Below, one piece after another: positions 55,090 through 64,000 of a DNA stretch of 64,000 bases (the first letter of the stretch is position 1; each line of letters begins with the position of its first letter). The DNA lies in assembly GCA_026770705.1 (NCBI GenBank), contig JANJGN010000016.1:86800001-86864000 (forward strand). The letters are read 5' to 3'. This DNA comes from Isurus oxyrinchus. Lineage: Eukaryota. Position numbers and translations under genes: made by a program. Below the pieces are notes generated by a model. It did not search any database. It saw only the letters and a program-made list of their open reading frames with translations, and was not told the origin of the DNA.

Positions 55090-56432
55090 TACCTCCTGCC
55101 ACTCAACCAATTTGAAACACAACTTGCTCCTTTCCCTGGGATCCAATGAGTTTTAACTTTCTGACCAGTCTGTCCATGTCAGAAGTCTTGCTAAAATCCA
55201 CATCGATTACATCAAACTCGCTATCGTTGTCAACCCTTCTTGTTACCTCCTCATGATGATGAGAATTTCTCTTAGAAAGATTTCTGACATTTGCCCACCA
55301 CTGAGGTTAGAGTGACTGGTCTGTAATTTCTCAGTCTATCCCTTCCTCCCTTTTTAAACAACATTATCAGTCCTCCAGCCCTCTGACACCACACCCCTAT
55401 CCAGAGAGGATTGGGAAATAATGGTCAGAGCCTCTGCTATTTCTTCCCTTGTTTCCTTTCCTGCCTGGGATACAATTCATCCGGGTCTGGGGATTTATCC
55501 ACTCTCCAAGATGCTGAACACATTAATATCTCCTCTCTCACGATGTTTATCCCATCCAATATTTCACAATTCTGCTCCTCCTCAACTAGAATGTCCGCGT
55601 TGTCCCTCTCTTGTGTGAAAACAGATGTAAATTATTCATTCAGAACCATCTATGTGCTTCCAGCCCCACCCCCTCCCCCCAATACAGAGAGTGAGTGAGA
55701 CGGAGGGAGGGAGAGAGAGAGGGAGAGTGAGAGGGAGAGAGAGAGGGAGAGAGAGAGGGAGAGAGAGAGGGAGAGAGAGAGGGAGATAGAGAAAAGGAAA
55801 GAGAGAGAGAGTCAGAGAGTAAGGAGGAGAGAGAAGGAGGGAAAGAGGGGGAGAGGGAGGGAGAGAGAGGGAGAGGGTGACAGAGATACAGAGAGAGAGA
55901 GTGGGTGAGAAAGAGATACAGGGGGAGTCAGGAAGAGTGACAGAGAGTGAGTGACAGAGATCTATTTTTTGGTCTCCAATTGGCCTTACTCAACCTTTAG
56001 TTATCCTCTTGCAATGTCCCACGCTATTTCTTTGTGTGAAGATATTTGTTCTGAGCCCATTTTATATCTTTCCTGAATGTTTCCCATTGCTCTGACACTG
56101 ATTTATCTTCAGGTTTCTGTTTCCTGTCCATTTTGGCAAATTGGCCTTTCCCTAATGTACAAATTTTACACTTTACCTTTTTCCATAACTGCTCTAAACC
56201 TAACTGAATTATGATCACTATTATCCAAATACTCTCCCACTGATACACCTTCCACCTGGCCAGATTCATTCCCTGAAATTGTCTAAAACTGCCCCTTCTC
56301 TTGCTGAGTTTGTTATGTTCTGCCGAAAAAAAATCACCTGGATGGATTATAAGAATTTTGCATCATCTAAACATTTACACAGATTTCATCCCAGTTAATA
56401 TTCGGGAAGTTGAAATTCATTATAATGACAGT
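55090..56432 (-). mobile_element. CR1 fragments in the J-C intron, split by a (GA)n tract (~55690-55960)
   Basis: Minus strand gives DKSPDPDELYP-like and F.KTSDM-like RT segments, ORF 56024-56269 (EQWETFRKDI), and an APE VIIMNFNFPNINWD motif near 56385-56430. Confidence 0.75.
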
Positions 56433-56460
56433 GATTAAACTTACTTCTCTTCCATTTCAG

Positions 56461-56789
56461 GCAGAGAGAAGTCACCACCCACAGTGACCCTGCTGCCCCC
56501 CTCCCCAGAGGAGGTCAAGACCAAGGGCACTGCCACCCTGGTGTGCCTTGCCAATCACTTCTATCCCGATGAGGTGAAGGTGGAGTGGAAGAAGGACGGT
56601 GCAGCTATTTCGGACGGGGTTCAGACCAGCAACTACCTGCGAGCTTCAGACAGCACCTACAGCGTCAGCAGCCTGCTGACCCTCTCTGGCTCTGGCTGGG
56701 AGTCCAACGCCAGCTTCTCCTGTGTCGTCACCCACGAGAGCCTCTCCTCTCCCCTCAGCAAGAGCATCAGGAGATCAGAATGTGCGTAG
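56461..56789 (+). CDS. IGKC: Ig kappa-type constant exon
   Basis: Acceptor TTCTCTTCCATTTCAG. In frame with J: S-REKSPPTVTLLPPSPEEVKTKGTATLVCLANHFYPDEVKVEWKKDG...STYSVSSLLTL...FSCVVTHESLSSPLSKSIRRSECA*. C1-set Cys/Trp/Cys plus penultimate interchain Cys. Confidence 0.97.
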
Positions 56790-56945
56790 AGTGTTAGAGA
56801 CAGTCCACAGAGGAGATACAACTTTAAATAGAACAGGGGTGAGCTGGGAGGGCAAAGGTCATTGTCAGCACCAAATTACAACTCTCTTCCTTCTCAGGAC
56901 TGGCTCTGAGACACTTTTGAGGGTCAGGGGTTAAGGCACGTTATT

Positions 56946-57085
56946 GGGACAGTGTACAGGGAGCTTTACTCTGTATCTAACCCCGTGCTGTACCTGTCCT
57001 GGGAGTGTTTGATGGGGACAGTGTAGAGGGAGCTTTACTCTGTATCTAGCCCCCTGCAGCACCTGTCCTGGGAGTGTTTGATGGG
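56946..57085. repeat. Two copies of a 69-bp repeat (GGGACAGTGTAGAGGGAGCTTTACTCTGTATCTAACCCC...) in the 3' UTR
   Basis: Copies start at 56946 and 57015. Confidence 0.85.
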
Positions 57086-57288
57086 TCAGTTTAATCTCGT
57101 GATGCTAAGTTAAACCTCTCTAAGATGCTGAAGACTGTCAGCTGTACAAAAATAATGTGACCCTCCGAAGTGTCTGCTTCAGTAAACCAGACCCCTTCCT
57201 GCTCACCCTGCAGTTACAATTTAAGGTTTAGTCACTGTTTAAAGGGACAGGATTCTCATGTTCTGGAGAAAATCTCCACAAGCGTTTT

Positions 57289-57389
57289 AATAAACCTCCA
57301 TTCTCCCTGTGAATTTCTCCAGCTTCCTCTGGCTGGGCTGTTTATTCAAGTCTTTTTTCTGTAAATGTCAATGTGTAAAAGGTAATAAA
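57289..57389 (+). terminator. Candidate polyadenylation signals AATAAA at 57289-57294 and 57384-57389
   Basis: Canonical hexamers 0.5-0.6 kb after the C stop. The second is followed by GT/T-rich sequence. Confidence 0.7.
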
Positions 57390-57426
57390 CATTAAGAATA
57401 TTCAGTCTCTGTCTGGTGAGTGCTTT

Positions 57427-57650
57427 GGAAAGTCCCACCTCCCCATCAGCTGATTGGCTGCATTTCAGCAAGTGATTGTCCTGATTGGCTGGTTGGCCTG
57501 TCAATCAATGACACATCAACAGCAGATTTGATTCAAAGCCAAGTATCAATCATTTTAAAATGATCAGTTTTATTCTGAATCTCTTGAATTTACAAGATTA
57601 AAAACAGAAAAGAAACTGGAAGTTGCTGGGATTAAATCATCACAACCACA
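57427..57650. promoter_or_regulatory. Candidate 3' enhancer: kappaB site GGAAAGTCCC, E-boxes, inverted CCAAT boxes, RUNX site
   Basis: 57427-57436 is the reverse complement of GGGACTTTCC. CAGCTG at 57447, CAAGTG at 57469, ATTGG at 57453 and 57484, AACCACA at 57644. Confidence 0.45.
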
Positions 57651-57709
57651 ATTAAGTCAGGAGTGCAAACTGTAGCCAGTCCAGGAGATGTGCTCTCAGG
57701 CCCTGTGCT

Positions 57710-58030
57710 ACTTTTACACTCGATCCTGTTGCAATAACCACCAACATTCCATCTACCTTCCGAATCACTTGCTGCATCTGCAAACCGACTTTTTGTGATT
57801 CATGCACCAGGACACCCAGATCCCTCTGGATCGCAGAGTTCTGCAGCCTCGTTCCATTCAAATAATTTACTGCTTTTCTATTCTTCCTACCAAGCGGACA
57901 ATACACATTCTCCCACATTATTCCCCACCTGCCAAATATTTCCCCACTCGCTTAACCGATCTAAATCCCTTTATTGGCCCATTCTGTCCTCTTGACAACT
58001 TACTTTCCAAGCAATATTTCTGTCATCAAC
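57710..58030 (-). mobile_element. CR1 RT fragment
   Basis: LGRKNRKAVNYLNGTRLQNSAIQRDLGVLVHESQKV. Confidence 0.85.
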
Positions 58031-58039
58031 AAGTCTATT

Positions 58040-58510
58040 TATTTTTTATTCATTTATGGCTTGTGGGTGTCGCTGACTAGGTCAGAATCTATTGCCCATC
58101 CCTAATTGCCCTTGAGAATGTGGTGGTGAGCTGCCTTCTTGAATCATGCTGTCCACGTGGTGTAGGTACACCCACAGTGCTGTTAGGGAGGGAGTTCTAG
58201 GATTTTGACCCAGAGACAGGGAAGGAACAAGGATATATTTCCAAATCAGGATGGTGAGTGTCTTGTAGGGGAACTTCCAGGTCGTGGTTTTCCCACCTAC
58301 CTGCTGCCCTTGTCCTTCTAGATATCGGTAGTCGTGGGTTTGGAAGGTGCTGTCTAAGGAGACTTGGCGTGTTTCCGCATTGCATCGTGTAGATGGTACA
58401 CACTGCTGCCACTGTGTGTCGGTAGTGGAGGAAGTGAATGTTTGTGGATGTGGTGCCAATCAAGTGGGCTGTTTTGTCCTGGATTGTGTCAAGCTTCTTG
58501 AGTGTTGTAG
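58040..58510 (-). mobile_element. LINE 3' end fragment
   Basis: Minus strand reads IGTTSTNIHFLHYRHTVAAVCTIYTMQC..., then GGGCAATTAGGGATGGGCAATAG and an A-rich tail. Confidence 0.7.
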
Positions 58511-61500
58511 GGGGTGGAGGGGTGGGGGTGGGTGATGCCGTGGGTGGAGGTGGAGGGTGATGCCGGGGTTGGGGGCGTGGGTGATGCCGGGGGTGGGGGG
58601 GGGGTGGGTGATGTTGGAGGTTGGGGGTGTGGGTGATGCTGCCGGTGGGAGGGTGAATGATGCCGGGGGTAGCGTGATGGGTGATGCTGGGGTTGAGGTG
58701 CTGGGTGATGCCGGGGGTGGGGGAGAGGGTGATGCCGGGGGTGGGGGTGGGAGTGGGGGACAGGGTGTGGGTGATGCCGGGGGTGGGGCACAGGGTGATG
58801 CCGGGGGTGGGGGTGGGAGTGGAGGACGGGGTGTGGGTGATGCCGGGGGTGGGGGTGGGAGTGGGGGACGGGGTGTGGGTGATGCCGGGGGTGCGGGAGT
58901 GAGTGATGCTGGGGGTGTGGGAGGTGGGTGATGCTGGGGGTGCGGGGTGGTTGATGTCGGCGATAGGGGGGGTGGGTGGTTGATGTTGGGGGTGGCGTGA
59001 TGGGTGATGCTGAGGTAGAGGGGGTGAGTGATGCCAGGGATGGGGGAGTGTTTAATGCCGGAGCCGGAGGGGTGGAGGCCGGGTGGGTGGTAGTGGGTGA
59101 TGCCGGGGTGATGCCGGGGGTGGGGTTTGAGTGATGCCGGGTGTGACGTGATGGGTGATGCCGGGGGTGAGCGGGTGTGTGATGCCGGGGTAGTGGGCGT
59201 GGGTGATGCCGGGGGTGAGGGAGAGGGTAATGCCAGATGTGGGTGTGTGCATGATGCCGGTGGTGGGTGTTGAGTGATGCCGGGGTGGGTGGGTGGGTGA
59301 TGCCGGGGATGAGGCGGTGGGTAATGCCGGGTGTAGCATAATGGGTGATGCCAGGGGTGGGGGCATGGTTGACGCCAGGTGATGCCAGGGGTGGGGGGGT
59401 GGGTGATGCCAGGGTGAAGGGCGTGGATGATGCCTGGGGTAGGGATGGTGGGTGATGCAGGGGGTGGAGAAATGTGTGATGTTCTGGGTGGTGGGGTGGG
59501 TGATGCCGAGCGTGAGGGTGTGTGTGATGCTGAGGGTGGGGGTTGGTTGATGCCTGGAATGGGGGCCTGGGTGATGCAGGGGTGGGAGAGTGAGAAATGC
59601 CAGAGCTGGGGGTTGGGTGGTGCCAGGGCTGGAGGGTGAGGGACCCATGGGTGGGGGATTGGGTGATGCTGGGTTGAGGGAGAGGGTAATGCCGGATGGT
59701 GGGGGGCTGGGAGAAGCCGGGGATGGGGGAGTGTGTGATGCCGGGCGTGACAGGGTGGTGATGCCGGGGTAGGGGGTGAGGGTGATGCCGGAGTGTGGGT
59801 GGGGGTTGTGGGTGATGCCAGTGTTGGCAGTGTGGGTGTTACTGGGGGTGGGGGTGGTGGGTGATGCCGGGGGTGGTGGGGTGGATGATGCCGGGAGTGG
59901 TGGGTGAGGGTAATGCCCGTGTTGGGTGTGTGGGTGTTGCTGGGGGTGAGGGGGCAGGTGATACCGGGGGTGGGGGAATAGGGGATGCCGGGGGTTGGTG
60001 GGCTTGGGTGATGCCGGGCGTGGGGGCGCGGATGATGCCGGGGGTGGGGGTGGGGTTTGTGGGTGATATAAGGGGTGTTGGGGTCGGTGATATCAGGGGT
60101 GTTGGGGTCGGTGATGCCAGTGTTGGGGGTGTGGATGCAGCTGAGGGATGGGCTGGTGGGTGATGCCGGGGGTAGAGGGGGGAGGAGAATGCCGGGGATG
60201 GGGGTTGTGGGTTGTCGGGGGTGGGAAGGATGGTCGATGCCATGGGTGGGGGGTGGGTGATGCCGGGGTTGAGGGGGTGGGTGATGCCTGGGGTGGCGTG
60301 GTAGTCTTTGCCGGCTATGGGAGGGGTGGGTGATGCCATGGTTGAGGTTTGAAGTGATGCCAGGTGTGAAGGGGTGGTTGATGCCTGAGGTGGGGGCGTG
60401 GGTGAGGCCATGGGTGGGGGAGTTGGGTGATGCCGGTGGTGGGCGTGTTGATGATGCAGAGGTTGGGGGTGTGGCTGATGCCATGGTTGGGGGGGTGGGT
60501 GATGCTTGGGATGGGGGTGGTGGGGGAATAGGTGATGTCGAGTGTGGAGGGAGTGGGTGGTGCCGGGGGTGAGGGGGTGAGTGATGCCGGGGGTGAGGGT
60601 GCGGATGTTGCCGTGGGTGGGGTGCCAGGTGATGCCCAAAGTGGGGTGGGTAAAGCCTGCGGTTGGTGATGCCAGGGTTGGGGCCTGCGTGGTGCTGGGT
60701 TTGGGGGGCGTTGTTGATTCCGGGGATGGGGTGAGTGGATGGTGGTGCGGGTGGGGGGGGTGTGGATGATGCCGGGGATGGGAGGGGTGGGTGATGCCAT
60801 GAATGGGGGGGTGGGGGATGCCGTGAGTGGAGGGGTGGGTGATGCTAAGGTTGGGGGTTGATTGATGCCGGGGGTGGGGGGCTGGGTGATGCCGGTGGTG
60901 GGGGTGTGGGTGATGCAGGGGATGGGGTGGTTGGTGATGCCATGGGTGGGGCAGTGGGTAATGCCGGGGGTGGAGGATGTTGGTGATGCCAGGGTTGGGG
61001 GAATAGGTGATGTTGGGGGTGTTGGGATGGGTGATGCCAGGTGTGAGGGGGTGTGTGATGCCGGGGTTGTGGGCGTGAGTGACTCCTGGGGTCGGGTTGG
61101 GCGATGCTGAGGGTGGGGGTTGGCTGATGCCTAGGATGGGGGCCTAGGTGATGCCGGGGGGTGGGGGAATGTGAAATGCCAGAGGTGGGGGTGTGGGTGA
61201 TGCCGGGGCTGGTGGTGTGGGTGATGCCGGGAGCGTGTGATGCCAGTGTTGGCGGTGTGGGTGTTGCTGGGGGTGGGGGTGGTGGGTGATGCCAGGGTTG
61301 GTGGGGTCGATGATGCCGGGAGTGGTGGGTGAGGGTAATGCCCGTGCTGGGGGTGTGGGTGTTGCTGGGGGTGAGGGGGCATGTGATACCGGGGGTGGGG
61401 GAATAGGGGGTGCTGGGGGGGTGGGGGGATTGGATGATGCTGGGAGTGGGGGCTGAGGGACCCATGGGTGGGGGATTGGGTGATGCTCAGTTGAGGGAGT

Positions 61501-64000
61501 GGGTAATGCCGGAGTGTGGGGGGCTGGGTGATGCCGGGGTACGGGGTGTGGGTGATGCTGGGAGTGGGGGGTGTGGGTAATGCTCGTGTTGGGCGTTGGG
61601 TGTTGCTGGAGATGAGGGGGCAGGTGATACCATGGGTGGGAGTGCTGGGTGATGCCGAGAGTGCTGGAGTGGGTGATGCCGGGGGTTGGGGTGGGTGATG
61701 CCGGGGGTGACGTGATGGGTGATGCTGGGGTTGAGGAGGTTGGTGATGCCGGGGTGAAGGGCATGGGTGATGCCTGGGGTAGGGTGGTGGGTGATGCCGG
61801 GTGTGGGATGGTGGGTGATGCCAGGGGTGGTGAATAGGTGATGCCGAGGGTGGGGGGGGTGGGTGATGCCGGGCGTGAGGGGGTGTGTGATGCCGGGGTT
61901 GTGAGCGTGGTTGATGCCTGGGATGGGGGCCTGGGTGATGCCGGGTGTGGGGTGTGGGTGATGCCGTGGGTGGGGGGCCAGTTGATGCCGGGGTGGGGGG
62001 GTGGGTAATACCAGAGGTGGGAGTGTGGGTGATGCCGGTGGTGGAGGTTGGGTGATGCCGTGGGTGGGGGTTGGCTGATGCTGGGAGTGGGGTGGTGGGT
62101 GATGCCGCGGGTGGGGGTTGGCTGATGCTGGGGGTGGAGGTGAGGGACACATGGGTGGGGGGTTGGTTGATGCTGGGGTTGAGGGACTCGGTAATGATGG
62201 AGGTGGGGGTGTGGGTGATGCCGGGGGTGGGGGAGTGGGTGGTGCCGGGAGTGAAGGGGTCGTGATACCGGGGTAGGGAGTGTGGGTGTTGCCATGGGTG
62301 GGGGAGTGGTTGCTGCTGGGGTTACGGTGGTGGTGATGCCGGGTGTAGCATGATGGGTGATGCCAGGGGTGGTTGTGGTGGGTGATGCCGGGGGTGGGGG
62401 CACGGATGTTGCCGTGGGTGGGGTGCCAGGTGGTGTCGAGAGTGGGTAATGCCTGGGGTGGGTGTTGCCAGGGTTGGGGACTGTGTGGTGCTGGGTGTGG
62501 GTGGGGGGTGGTTGATTCCGGAGACGGGTGTATGGATGGTGGTGCAGGTGGGGGGGTGGTGTGGATGATGCCGGGTGTATGGAGGTGGGTGCTGCCGGGG
62601 ATGGTGTGGTAAGTGATGCCATGGGTGGGGTGTGGGCGTTGCAGGGGATAGGGGCGAGTGCGTGATGCCGTGGGTGGGGGGGTGTGGGTGATGCCGGGGG
62701 TGGAGGAGGTTGTTGATGCCGGGGGAGGGGCAATAGGTGATGTCGGGGGTGTTGTGGAGGGTGATGCCAGGCGTCAGGGGGTGTGTGATGCCAGGATTGT
62801 GGGCGTGAGTGATGCCTGGGGTAGGGGTTGGGCGATGCCGAGGGTGGGGGTTGGTTGATGCCTAGGATGGGGGCCTAGGTGATGCCGGGTGTGGGGGAGT
62901 GTGAAATGCCAGAGGTGGGGGTGTGGGTGATGCCGGGGCTGGGGGCCTGTATTATGCCAGGGGTGCGGAAGTGGGTAATACCAGAGCTGGGGGTGTGGGT
63001 GATGCCGGTGGTGGTGGTTGGGTGACGCCACGCGTGGGGTTTGGCTGATGCCGGGGGTGGGGGTGAGTGACCCATGGGTGAGGGGTTGGGTGAAACTGGG
63101 GGTGAGGGAGTGGGTAATGCCGGAGGTGAGGGGCTGGGAGATACCGGGGATGGGGGAGTGGGTGATGCTGGGCATGTGGGGATGGTGATGCCGGGGTAGG
63201 GGTTGTGGGTGATGCCAGGAGTTGGATTGGGGTTTGTGGGTGATGCCGGGGGTGGTGGTGTGGGTGATGCCAGCAGTGGGTGGTGCCATTGTTGGCAGTT
63301 TGGGTGTTGCTGGGAGTGGGGTTGGTGGGTGATGGCGGGTTAGTGGGATGGGTGATGCCCGGAGTGGGGTGTATGGGTGATACCACTGTTGGCAGCGTAG
63401 GTGTTGCTGGGGGTGAGGTGGGAGGTGATACCGGGAGTGGGGGTGCTGGGTGATGCCGTGGTTGGGCAAGTGGGTGATGCTGGGGGTGGGGGAATAGGTG
63501 AAGTTGGGTGTGGGGGGGGTTGGCTGGTGCCGGTGGTGAGGGGGTGGGTGATGCCGGGAGTTAGAGGGAGTGTGATGTCTGGGGTAGGGGGAGGGTAATG
63601 CTGGGGCTGGGTGATGGCAGGGTTGGTGGAGTGGTTGTTGTTGGCAGTAAGGGGGTGGGTGATGCTGGAGGTGGGGGTGGGGGTGGTAGGTGATGCTGGG
63701 TGTGGGTGTTGCTGGCGGTGAGGGTGTGGGTGATGCTAGGGGTGATGCCGGGGGTGGGTGTTGGCACGGTTGGAGGGGTGGGTGATTCTGGGGGTGGGGG
63801 TGGGGGGGGTGGATGATGCCGGGTGTGGGAGACGTGTGATGCTGGGGAGGTGGTTTGTTGCGTGAAGCCGCGGTTGGGGGTAGTTCGTGTTGCCGGGGGT
63901 GATGGGTGTGTGTGATGCCGGGTGTGGGTGATGACGGGGCTTGGGGGGGTTGGTGATGCCGGGGGTGGTGGGGTGGCTGATGCCCGGAGTGGGGGCAGTG
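58510..64000 (+). repeat. G-rich degenerate satellite (core GGGTGATGCCGGGGGTGGGG) with ~1.6-1.8-kb higher-order blocks; runs off the right edge
   Basis: TGATGCC recurs every ~15-30 bp amid G-runs. Diagnostic motifs recur at ~59590/61170/62900 and 60600/62400. Confidence 0.93.

Noticed and set aside
58460-63767. Long Pro/His/Thr-rich minus-strand ORFs (up to 674 aa) resembling mucin or extensin
   Set aside because: Low-complexity translations of the C-rich strand. Several frames are open at once with frequent frame switches, and there is no signal peptide or exon structure.

Overview
Eukaryotic, repeat-dominated window, most likely from a cartilaginous fish (shark). The one intact gene is an unrearranged immunoglobulin kappa-type light-chain cluster on the + strand (type III/NS4-like). 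It comprises a promoter (50797-50893), leader exon (50954-51002), V exon (51189-51483) with a perfect 12-RSS, a 23-RSS plus single J (53570-53643), a single C exon (56461-56789) and polyA signals. The first ~50 kb is a 36-bp satellite (1-9500, and inverted at 39900-41045), a ~19-kb 55-bp CACGTG-rich satellite, a near-full-length decayed CR1 LINE, and many CR1/L2/SINE fragments and microsatellites. A G-rich repeat tract fills 58510-64000. Almost all long ORFs in the track are repeat artefacts. Points of most interest: candidate B-cell regulatory modules around the cluster (PU.1-IRF composite sites and a perfect kappaB site); a V-J minisatellite whose unit resembles a cryptic 23-RSS; a switch-like G-rich tract downstream of C; and a large inverted-duplication architecture across 1-41 kb. 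Boundaries of repeats and mobile elements are approximate, and family names are from recall, not from database searches.
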